This document shows, one piece after another, positions 51,401 through 62,229 of a DNA stretch of 64,000 nucleotides. The DNA is taken from assembly GCF_902713615.1 (NCBI RefSeq), contig NC_052149.1, positions 221,939,623 through 222,003,622 on the forward strand. Direction: 5' to 3'. The notes under the pieces were generated by a model. That model saw only the letters and a program-made list of their open reading frames with translations. It did not search any database and had not been told where the DNA came from. Origin of the DNA: Scyliorhinus canicula. Lineage: Eukaryota. Both the position numbers and the translations under genes were made by a program. Numbering within the stretch: the first letter of the stretch is position 1; each line of letters starts with the position of its first letter.

Positions 51401-54400
51401 CCCTTTTCTTCCCATGTACTGAATGATCTGTTGAGCTGCTTGCAGAAAAATACTTTTCACTGTACCTCGGTACACGTGACAATAAACAAATCCAATCCAA
51501 TCCAATCCAATATTCAAGAACATGAGATAGTCTGGAGCAAGGTCACCTTTCAGTCCATCAAATCTACTCTACTCAGAGTCTGCATGTGGCTATTTCATCT
51601 GACTTTCTCTCGTCCACTATCAATTATCTGCTTTGCAGGTCTCTGAGATTGTTTCCCTATTTCCACTGAAATTATTTTGAGTAATGCTAAAGTACTTAGA
51701 ATATCACCCGCCCCTCCACCACCATCACTCTTGATTATTATTCTGTGTTCCTGCCGAAAGAGATGTACATACCCAGAGTGATGGCAGCACATTCTCCTCA
51801 TGTCTGCGTGGGTTTCCTCTGGGTGCTCCGGTTTCCTCCCACGGATTAGGTGGAGTTATGGGGTTCAGGCAGGGAAGTGGGCCAAGGTAGGGTGCTCTTT
51901 CAGAGGATCAGTGCAGACTTGATGGGCTGAATGGCCTCCTGCTGCACTGTAGGGATTCTATGCATCCCACATATTAGGCTCTTCTGTGATGACCTCCTCA
52001 ACACTAAAAACACGAGCTGTGCAAATTCACATTTAAATAATGTCAACATGAATGAGGTACTGGAGGATTGATAATTCCCCCATGGATTAGAGGACAACAC
52101 CTTAGAGGAAAGTAAAATCATCTTTTTTTTAGGGTTGACTGACGGGTCCTACTGGGACTTTTCCAAGCAGCTGCAGTGATGTGAAATAAAGGACGGGATT
52201 TTCCAGACAATTGTGTTGGGGGTGGCGGCCAGAGCTACGTCCGGTGCATCGCTCTCGACCTGGAAGGGTAGGGACTCGTCGACCGCGTGCATCAAGGCAT
52301 TGGCGATGTCTGCCTTGATGCGGTTGAAGGCCTGGCAGGCCTCAGCCATCAGGGGAAAAACTGTGGACTGAATGAGTTGGCGGACCTTGTCCGCATATTT
52401 AGGGACCCACTGGGCATAGTAGGAGAAAAACCCCAGGCATCGTTTCAGGGCTTTGGGGCAGTGGGGGAGGGGGAGTTCCATGAGGGGGCGCATGGGGTCG
52501 GGGTCAGGCCCTAGAACTCCATTTTCCACGACATAGCCAAGGATGGCTAAGCGGTTGGTGCAGAACACGCACTTCTCCTTATTGTACATGAGATTAAGGA
52601 GTTTGGCGGTCTGGAGGAATTTTAGGAGGTTAGTGTCGTGGTCCTGCTGATCATGGCCGCAGATGTTGACGTTGTCTAGGTATGGGAAGGTGGCCCGCAG
52701 TCCGTACCGGTCAACCATTCGGTCCATCTCACATTGAAAGACCGAGACCCCATTAGTGACACCGAAGGGAACCCTAAGGAAGTGATAGAGGCGCCATCTG
52801 CTTCGAATGCAGTGTATTGGCGGTCCTCCGAGCGGATGGGGAGCTGGTGGTAGGCAGACTTCAGGTCCACTGTGGAAAAGACCTGATACTGCGCAATCTG
52901 ATTGACTATGTCAGATATGCGTGGGAGGGGGTACGCGTTGAACTGCGCCTACCGATTGATGGTCTGACTAGTCAATGACCATCCTGTGCTTCTCCCGTCT
53001 TTACTACTACCACTTGGGCTCTTCAGGGGCTGTTGCTGGCCTCAATGACCCCTTCCCGCAGAAGCCGTTGGACCTCCGACCTGATGAATGTTCTGTCCTG
53101 GGCACTGTACTGTCTGCTCCTGGTGGTGACGGGTTTGCAATCCGGGGTGAGGTTCGCAAACAAGGAAGGTGGATCGACCTTAAGGGTCGTGAGGCCGCAT
53201 ACGGTGAGGGGGGTAGGGGTCCGCCGAATTTTAAGGTTAAGCTTTGGAGGTGGTACTGGAAGATCCAGGCCGAGTAACAGGGCAGCGCAGAGGTGGGGAA
53301 GGATGTAGAGCCGGAAGTTGCTAAACTCTACGCCTTGGGCGGTGAGGGTCGCGATGCAGTACCCCCGGATTTCCACAGAATGAGATCTGGAGGCCAGGGA
53401 GCTCTTCCGGGTGATGGGTGTACCGCAAGGGAGCAGCGCCTTACTGTCGCGGGGTAGATGAAGCTCTCTGTGCTCCCAGAGTCAAAAAGGCAGGATGTCT
53501 CATGCCCATCGATTTTCACCGTTGTCGTTGCGGTTGCGAGGTTGTGGGGCCGGGACTGGTCCAGGGTGATCGAGGCGAGCTGCTACAGATGCTGGGAGGC
53601 CCTGGGCTGGTCATCGGTGGTGGAGATAGCGGCAGGCGATGAACAGCCTGACGAGTTTCCAGGCGAGCAGGGGCCTTGAGGCGCCGTCCAAAATAGTGCG
53701 GAAGGTGGCGGCGAACACGGGACGCACATGGCAGGCGGCATCAAAGATGGCAGCGCCCACAGGCCGCATGTGGCTTGCGGCATCAAAGATGGCAGCACCC
53801 ACGGGTCGCACGTGGCTTGCGAGGAGGAAAATAGCGGCGCCCCTGGGTCGCATGTGGTGGGTGCAGGGACGGCAGGCCTAGAAACAGCGGTGACTGACCG
53901 GGCCTGGCAAACAGAAACAAAGTGCCCCTTCTGTCCACAACCGTTACAGGTCGCGCTCCGCACTGGGCAGCGCTGCCGGGGGTGTTTGTTCTGCCCGCAA
54001 AAATAGCACTTGGGCCACCCCAGGGTTGGCCGACTGCTGCACGGCGCAGGCTTGCGGAGAGCTGGAGTCGGCAGCTGGTGGGGCCCACAATGCCCATGAG
54101 GGTGCCGCACGGTCGGGGGGCATATGACTGGATGTTACGGGAGGCCACTGTTAACAAGTTTGCAAGCTGCCTAGTTCCCGCAAGATTAAGCGAGCCCCCT
54201 TCCAATAGGCGCTGGTGGACGTACGCAGACCTCATGCCCGTATCAAAGGCGTTTCGGATTAAAGATTCTGTGTGCTGGACTGCCGAAACTGCCTGGCATT
54301 CACAGTTCCTCCCCAGGATGTGCAGGGCACGCCAGAAATCGTCCAGAGACTCCCCGGGGAATTGCTGTCTTGTGGACAGGAGGTGCCTGGCATACAGTTG

Positions 54401-57400
54401 ATTGACTGGCCGAACGTAATGTCCCTTCAGGAGCTCCATTGCTTCGGAGTAAGAGGGCGCATCCCGGATGAGAGGAAAAATGTCAGGACTCACTCGTGAA
54501 TAAAGGACTTGGAGCTTCTGCATGTCCGAGGGTTCCTCAGCGGATGTTCGGAGGTAGCTTTCGAAGCAGGCTAGCCAGTGCTCAAAAGCGGATGTAGTGT
54601 TGGCTGCTTGAGGGCTCAGCTGCAGGCGATCAGGCTTGATGTGAAGATCCATCGTTTAAAAAATCTTTGCTTAATAAATTGATGCACTGTCAATTACCAC
54701 AAAGACAAGAGTAGTGGAATAATCGAGGCTTTATTGAGCAAAGATGTTGTGCCTCCTGTAGCTGCTACCAGAATGGCTGCAGCATCGGCGAGCACACACA
54801 TTTATACGCCACCGACTGGGCGGAGCCAGCAGGCAGGGATTTACCCATGTATCTCTAGGGTATGTGTCTTACCGTAATACATATAATACTGATAGTGGTG
54901 ACTACCACACTGACTTTTCTGGTATTGTCAGGCCTTATCTCCCCCCATTCCTGACCACTGTGGGGCCTAAAATTCCTGCCAATTGATCTTGAACCCAGGT
55001 CACCCCACTCTTGCGGAGGGGAACCCATCTACAAAACAGCATACGGCTACTGCACCTGCTCCCAGGAAGGCAGGGAGGGCCTGTTGGTCTGTGTGGAACA
55101 TTCCTATCCCAGCGTGCTGCCACCTGCTCGCCCCAGGGCACTTAAATTGTTGCCCACCAGCATGAGAAACTGGAGGCCAACTGAGAAATTCTGATTGGCC
55201 TACTTTCATTGAACTAACAAGTTTCTTAACAAGCCCAATCGGTTATTCACCCCGGCAACAAAATGGCTGGTGCCGGCAAGGGCACACATCTGCTTCCATT
55301 CCCACCACAGTTAGGTCTGAAAATGATGCCCAAAGATTCCGAAGCACAATGTTGGAAATACAGCATTAGAAATATTCTCTTTCATGTACACAACATTTTA
55401 AAACAACCTATAGATTGAAAAAATATGAAACACCGAGAGACAGTGCAATACATTTTGTTCCAAAGGCCATTTGGAAATATTCAGCCTGAATCGGGTTAGA
55501 AAATGATACCTCTCACCGGAAATACTTGCTGCAATTGCTGTGGCCACAACTGGAGTCTGACGTTTACTCAATTTTGCAAGAACGCCAAACATCAAACCAT
55601 CCCTGGCCATAGCATACAGAATGCGAGGTAAAGGGAACATGGAGCCCAGCAGGCTGTGGAGAAAGAAATCAGAATGAAAAGCAAAATGCAAACTACAAAC
55701 GAGATGAGAGACAGATGAATAGTGCTCAGCAAATTTCCAGCCGGTCAAGAGTTGAGGTACACACAATTGAATTGGGTGACGCTGATTGGAATGAATGGAG
55801 AACACTGCATAGGATACGGCTGAATATAATTGGCGCGATTCAGTGACCCCGTTATGCCCAGCGTCAATCTGGGCACACCGGGTTAATAGCGGGAGAGGCT
55901 AAACTGAGATTCGCGATGGGTTTGAACCTCTTTACCCGGCACAGTCCTGATGGCGCATTCCGGATCACGCCCACAAATGACGAGAATATCCTTAACCCTC
56001 ATTTGTATGCATTGAAATCTCATTAACGAGGTTGAATTCAAATGCAGCAGCATGCCGGGAATTACCTGACCCTCCAGCGGGAAGTCACGCAGGCGTCATT
56101 TAGAATACTAAACGATGCCTTCTTCCAACATTGGACGGTGGTCCTCCTGGTCATGCTGCCCACACTGGCAGCCGCTGCCACTGCCTCCAAGGCGGCATTG
56201 CTGACCCTGCCCCTGGTCCTCCAAACCCCTCAGGGGAACAGGGTGCCCCGCCTCTCATGACAGCATCAAGAAGCCTTGTGAGGTCGGCATGCCCAAAGTG
56301 AGGAGCAGGTCAGCGCACTGCCATGCTTGCGTGCTGACTGGGAGTGAGTGGTGAGAGAGCGTTTAAAAGCAGCTCCCTCTTGTTAGCGGTGAACAACTGA
56401 GGTACGAGTCGGGTGAATCAGACGGTGTGGGAACCAGTAATGTCGAGAATCTTGTGGGGGGTTCTTTTTGTCACAAAGTACCCGTTGAATATGGGCAGCG
56501 ATCTCGCCAATGCAGCCCTTGCAAAACTCCCTGCCTGAACCCAGATTTTTATTTGAGTCCGCTGAATCGTGCCCAAGATTTATTCCAAGAATAAGGGGCC
56601 TCAAGTAGGTCCAATACTTTCCTGTGTGTGCACTAAGATGTTCCGTAAATGTACTTACTTACTAATTACTATTTGATGAAAAAACTTTAATTTTACACAA
56701 TGGAAATCCCTTGGGACAACGTCACCATCCATCTGTAAGCAACAGATTCCAATGGAAGAAAGTTTAGCCCTTTTCACAGTAAAAAGGACAAACCGCTTCT
56801 GTACAAAAAGTACATTTGTAGAATTAATAAGCAGGTAACAATGTTTTTTTCCCCCTCGACCTGTAATTTATACTTGTCATCAGTTTATAAACATGGTGAA
56901 CTAAATTTAAAAATGATAATAATGCAGCTCTGTGGAATTAAGTGAAAGGACAGTCTTATAGTAAGTCATATAGTAGTTTACACACCACACCCTTTTTGTA
57001 ATTCTTTATGCTAGGAGGGCAGTATGGGTCTACATGTGCCATACCACCATGTATCCAAGTCCAGTGTGCAAAGTGAAGTAATAAATGCATTTCTTGAATA
57101 TGTAATGCAAGGAACAACATGAAGTGCAATCAAAGGACTGAATTCTTGTCGTGCCAAAAATAGTGGTTCAAGTTGGCAATTATATTAGATTGAGAAGCCA
57201 TTTGTATTCTCTTCATATAATACCTTGTTGAAAGTGCGCACAGTGAGCCCACAGATACGAAGTATTTAGCAGCACTCCACTCAACATATTCAAAGGCACC
57301 AGGCAGTGGGCTTTTAGTATCAAGGAGGTAGTAAGGCATCATAAGTGTGAGGGCAGCAGAAACCCCAAAGTAGGCCAAGAAGCAAATGAGAAGAGAAGCT

Positions 57401-57446
57401 ATAATCCCAACCGGGATGGACTTCTGGGGGTTTTTCACCTCCTCAC
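42357..57446 (-). CDS. SLC7A2: Cationic amino acid transporter 2-like (CAT-2/SLC7A2 family), 3' part, 7 exons: join(57224..57446,55517..55653,50726..50828,50456..50628,48372..48538,45443..45551,42357..42475); 5' exons beyond window end
   Basis: Exons of 223/137/103/173/167/109/119 nt, all GT-AG and in phase. Motifs [67 protein letters not shown] and YGIRHSLEG are closest to CAT-2 among the CATs I know. Could be an SLC7A2 paralog. Confidence 0.92.
43545..44400 (+). mobile_element. Tx1/L1-clade LINE ORF2 C-terminal fragment
   Basis: [44 protein letters not shown]. Confidence 0.75.
45443..45551 (-). CDS. SLC7A2: SLC7A2-like exon (109 nt)
   Basis: Acceptor tttgaag, donor G|gtaaga; encodes [36 protein letters not shown](G). 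Confidence 0.94.
48372..48538 (-). CDS. SLC7A2: SLC7A2-like exon (167 nt)
   Basis: Acceptor ctctcttttcag, donor TTG|gtaagg; encodes [55 protein letters not shown]. Confidence 0.93.
50456..50628 (-). CDS. SLC7A2: SLC7A2-like exon (173 nt, cytoplasmic loop)
   Basis: Acceptor gcaatag after a 97-nt intron, donor G|gtgagt; encodes [57 protein letters not shown]. Confidence 0.92.
50726..50828 (-). CDS. SLC7A2: SLC7A2-like exon (103 nt)
   Basis: Acceptor ctcttttag, donor AG|gtaaaa; encodes (A)[33 protein letters not shown](R). Confidence 0.95.
50955..51510 (+). mobile_element. Rex1/Babar-type LINE 3' fragment
   Basis: [51 protein letters not shown]; AATAAA and (TCCAA)n tail. A related tail lies at ~36505-36762. 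Confidence 0.8.
52214..54909 (-). mobile_element. Degenerate 3'-truncated Gypsy LTR retrotransposon (5'LTR 54909-54680, gag, protease, RT, start of RNase H; no integrase or 3'LTR)
   Basis: gag ATG at 54652; two Zn knuckles [14 protein letters not shown] and [14 protein letters not shown]; protease [11 protein letters not shown]; [11 protein letters not shown] and FPYLDNV; RNase [15 protein letters not shown] ends abruptly near 52214; several frameshifts. Confidence 0.93.
55517..55653 (-). CDS. SLC7A2: SLC7A2-like exon (137 nt, CAT-2A-type substrate-affinity segment)
   Basis: Acceptor ttctccacag, donor G|gtgaga; encodes [45 protein letters not shown]. Confidence 0.95.
55831..56574. mobile_element. 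Harbinger/PIF-like non-autonomous element
   Basis: TIR (T)GGCGCGATTCAG/CTGAATCGTGCCC, flanks AAT/AAG. Confidence 0.65.
57224..57446 (-). CDS. SLC7A2: SLC7A2-like exon (223 nt)
   Basis: Acceptor ttccctag, donor AG|gtatta; encodes [73 protein letters not shown]. Confidence 0.95.
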
Positions 57447-58138
57447 CTAGGGAAATAATAAAACAAGGGAATTAGGATACAACAGAGCAAAATAGCACAA
57501 GATTCCTTCTGGTTCTTTTGAACATCATTTTTCCTTCACAAACATTTCCTTTAACAAAGAACGATCTATCAATGGACTGCACTGTGACCTCTGTGACCTT
57601 GTGACCCCTATCCCCACCCCACCCAACGTTTAACCAACAGAATGCAGGTCCACAAACTGAGGTTACAAACACACAATATTGTGCTCACAGATAATTACAA
57701 TGGGTCATAATTTTCTAATGTGACTCTCATAGCAGAATAACAACTAACATAAGTTTAAAATGATGCAGCATCAATGAAAGGAACTGAAATAAGGCTAATT
57801 TACCATCAATAATTTAAAGAATATTTTCAGCGTAGTCAGTGCATTTCCATTGGGATGCTTTCGTTGCGTGTGTATTTAGAATGGATAAAATCCTCCCTCC
57901 GTACCCCTACTTCACTGAATTCCCAATCAGAATTACACTTCATGGGCGGGGCCAAGAGGATGTATAATTCAAGACCAAACTTCGATTTGCAGAGAGAACA
58001 ATATAATCTGGCTGGTGAGGAATTGCTGGACACACTCCTCGAACAAGCTCTACAGCCTCAATTCCACTTTCTCGTCCACACTCCATTCCTTTAATTCCCG
58101 AAGAGCGTAAAAATCTCTTCATCTCAGCTGAAAATATG

Positions 58139-58776
58139 GGGCTGGATTCGCCGCTCCCCGACGCCGAAATCGAGTTCAGCGACAGGGCGGAGAATTCGTT
58201 TTGGCAGTCGAATCGGGAGCGGCACCGATTTTTCAATTCTCCGCCCCCTGAAAATCGGCATACATGAGGAGTATGCCGCGCCGAGTATCCACCGCCTCAG
58301 GCCATTGCCTGAGCCCCATCCCGCGATGTTCTGTCCCCGACTGGCTGAATTCCCGAAGGCTTACGTGTGCTCACACCATCCAGGATCCTCACGTGCCGAC
58401 TGTGGGCTCAGTCCGGGGCTGCCAAAGTCGGGGGAGGGCCGATAGGCGGGCGGGCCGATCGGCGGGCGGGGGGGGCTTCATTCGGGGCTGGGGGCAATGT
58501 GGGTGGGCGGTCCGATACGTGCGAGCTGCCGGCATGGGGCACTACTTTGGTGGTCCAGGTCCGCGGGGCCGAGTCCACCCTGGAGCACGGCGCAGCGCTG
58601 CAGGCCGCTGCCACGCACATGGCCTCTGAACTGGAAGTGTTAGGGGCTGATTTGGCAGCCAGAGCTGCGAGCTCTTTGACGGCTGCCTGCTAGCCTCCTG
58701 CAGTTTTCCTGACATAAAAGACCACAGTTTTCATGACAGCGTCAGCACTTAGTCTGAAAATCGGAGAATCCAGCCC
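58139..58776. mobile_element. GC-rich Harbinger/PIF-like MITE, abutting a second related element that starts at 58780
   Basis: TIR GGGCTGGATTC/GAATCCAGCCC, flanks ATG/ATT. Confidence 0.8.
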
Positions 58777-59227
58777 ATTGGGCGTGATTGTCTCACCATG
58801 TCGGGCCCGGTGCTGGTCCCGTTGTGCCAGGTGCACGCTGGGTGTGATCCAGATAATTAGATTTAAATGAACCATTAGCCTCATCTAAATATGCGCGTCC
58901 TGTTTGAGGCTGCAAACTCCAGGCTTGCGGGAGTCACCCGTCGCCACGCCGAGGCCTCACACAGGCACAGATTAGTACTGCTCTCCACAAGGTGAGACCA
59001 CCCATGATAGACATGCCATGGGGCTTGGAGGCCATGGGAGCCCCCCGGGTGGTCAGGGACAGTGCCATCCAGGGTACCACAAGCAGTGTCCTGGTGCCAG
59101 GTTGGCAGTGCCAATTTATAAGGCCTAAGGGGTGCCATGCCCATGAAAGGGGGGGGGGGTGAAGTGGGGGATATGAAAGTTGGGAGGATGAAAAGGGAAT
59201 GAAGTGGCTTCATGAAGGTGAAGGCAA

Positions 59228-60264
59228 AGACAAAGAGAACGTTACAGCACAGGAACAGGCCCTTCGGTCCACCGATCTGATTCCTTGTTTAGACCTACTA
59301 CTTATTGCTCAAATGATCTGTAACCCTCCATTCCCCACCCTTTTATGTGTCTATCAAGATACATCTTTTTTTATTTAAATGGGCATGTTTATTAATTAAT
59401 TAAACGTCTATCAAGATACAACTTAAACATTACTATCGTGACTGGCTCCGCCACCTCCACTGACAACGTGTTCCAGGCACCCACCACCCTCTGTGTGAAA
59501 CACTTTCCCCACACATCTCTGCTATACTTTCCCCTTCTCACCTTGAATCTGTGCCCCCTTGTAAATGAGTCTTCCACACTGGGAAAAAACTTCTGACTAT
59601 TCACCCTATCTATACCTCTATAATTTTGTAGACCTCAATCAGGCCTCTGTCTTTCCAACAAAAACAATCTGAGTTTATTCAACCTCTCCTCCCAGTTAAC
59701 ACACTCCAGACCAGGTATTTCCTAGTAACCCTTCTTTGCACTCTCTCCAAAGCATCCACATCCTTCTGGTCGTGTGGCGACCAGAACTGCAAATAATGTT
59801 CCAAATGTAGCCTCACTAAAGTTTACACAACTGTGACATGACCTGCCAACTCTTGTACTCAATGCCCTGGCCAATAAAGGCAAGCATGCCATATGCCTAC
59901 TTGATCAACTTATCCACCTGCGTTGCCACTTTCATGAAACTATGGACCCGATCGCCCAGACTCCTCTTTTTGTCAATGCTCCGAAGGGTTCTGACGTTTA
60001 CTGTATAATTCACACCTGAATTTGATCTTCCAAAATGCACCACCTCGTATTTGTCCCTTGAATTTGCGACTTTACCTTTTGTACCAGTGTGCCGTGAGGG
60101 GCCTTGTCAAACGCCTTACTGAAATCCATGTCGGCGACATCCTCACCCTTACCCTCGTCAATTAATTTTGTCACCTCCTAAAAAACTCCATCAAGTTGGT
60201 AAGACATGACGTGCCCTACACAAAACCCTGTTGCCTAGCACTAATCAATCCATTCGCTTTCAAA
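59228..60264 (-). mobile_element. CR1 LINE 3' fragment with internal deletion, inserted in a Harbinger-type element
   Basis: MDFSKAFDK, TRGHRFKVR, FTQRVVGAWN; flanks tgaaggcaa/tgaagggcaa resemble a TSD. Confidence 0.75.
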
Positions 60265-62229
60265 TGAAGGGCAAGTGCTGAAAGGTGTGGCAGGCCTGAA
60301 ACAGGGAGGGACTGAAAAGGGGGCCCTGAAGTTGGGGGCAGTGAGTGACCTCATTGCGAGTTATGCTCACTTGGGGGAGGGAGGTGCCCTGCTGCCCACA
60401 AGGATGGATGGGTCTGGGGCAGGGTCACCCTCATGCCTGGGTGGTTCAGGTGGGGCTCACAATAACCTTTAGCGATGGGGAAGACGTTGTAACTCCGGGG
60501 TTGAGGGTTGGGGGTGTTACACATGACTGTGGGGGGGGGGGGGGGGGGGGGGAGGGGTCATGAAGTCCATGGGTGGGGGTGTGGAAGACTCTCAACCTTA
60601 CTTTGATATCGGGACACCCCTTAAACATGGCACTCCGACCTCTGAGGAGCCGGTCTGGCCGGTGAGTTGATTTCCCCACTGCAGAAAAAAATCTCTGGGC
60701 ACGGTCTAACGAAAACAAAATAGAGTCCATTCTGGGCGGGTTTAGCAGGGTCGTTCCCAGTGCTACGGCACTCTTTTTTTAGTGTCCTGGCGTGGAATGC
60801 CCCCCCCCCCCCCTTTCACGAGGCCGCACTCAGCGTAATTTCTTACACTGAGGAGCTCCGGTGTCCCAACCTCTCATCCCCTCGATGCAACCTCTGGACC
60901 CTCCCCTAACTCACCTGTTGGCGGTCCTTGGGCCACCCTCCACGCACCTCGCCTCACATGGACAGAACATCCCTGGGACCAATCCCCGAGGTGGGAAAAA
61001 TGGCACCCTGGCACGTTGCCACTGCCAGACTGGCAGTGCCAACTGGGCACCCTGGCAGTGCTCATTTGCGCCTTACTGTCCAAAGATATGCAGGTTAGGT
61101 GGGGCTACGGGGATAATGCCGGGGAGTGTGTCTGGGTTAGGGTGCTCTTTCAGAGGGTCGGTACAGCCATGTTGGGCTGATGGCCTGGTTCTGCACTGTG
61201 CCATGCTGGCACCCAGGTGACACTGCAGGGGTGCCCAGGTGGCACTGCCAGAGTGGCAGGCTGGCTTGCCAAGGTGCCAGGCTGCCACCAGTAGTGTCAG
61301 GGTGCCACCCTGCCTGGAGGCCGACCTCCTGGGGGCCTCCAATCGCCTGGGAGATCTCCCCAGGTACCGTTCCAACTGGTCTCCATTTGTGGAGATAACG
61401 GCACCCAGCTGGGGGCTCCTCACAGGGGTCAATAAATGCTGGGTGCCTGGTAGATCCAGCAGCAGCATGGCTAAGTTGCTCCTTAAACTCACTTAGCCAT
61501 ACGAGACTGAGTCCCGCCTATTGTGGGCAGGATCCAGATCGCAACGTCTCACGGGATTGTGTTAGATCTCACGAGGTGTGATCGCCGTTGGGAATCCCGG
61601 GGGAGCTGGTGTTTCAGACAGGGGAGGAGAAATAACCTGAAACCTCCAATTGCTTCCCTTCTGTCCGTAATCATAGATCCATAACATTTCTACAGTGCAG
61701 AAGGAGGCCATTTGGCCCAACAGGTCTGCACTGACCCTCTGAAAGAGCACCTTAACCCAGGCCCACTCCCCCACGCTATCCCCGTGACCCCACCTAACCT
61801 GCACATCTTTGGACAGTAAGGGGCAATTTAGCATGGCCAATCCGCCTAACCTACACCTGTTTGTGTGGTTTAATTTTGAAAACACAGATGCGTGCATTTC
61901 TAAACTCCCTGTCAGTTTAAAATTTCCAGCAGGCTTCTGTGGGTTTAAACAAAGAGAAAAGCTTATTCATGTATTCACCTCAAAAAACCTAAACGCATTT
62001 GATCAGCGGGCCTGGAAGCAACTGTGTTGTCCGCCTCCATCTGTGAACGTTGGTTTCTTGCTGGCTAGCCAATTAAGCGCCAACCAGCATGAAACGTGGG
62101 CAGACATTGGTGCAGTGATGCTGGCAGAGACCAGAACATGCTGGGCACTGAGTCAAATTGGTGACCCAGAATGGTAAATAAAAAAGCCCAGCCAAGCCTC
62201 TGAAGGCTGTCAGGAGTAATGGAGGAGAC

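Noticed and set aside
52139-52143. CTGAC as the left TSD of the Gypsy (matches 54910-54914)
   Set aside because: It is 70 bp from where Gypsy homology ends and has no adjacent LTR terminus; likely chance.
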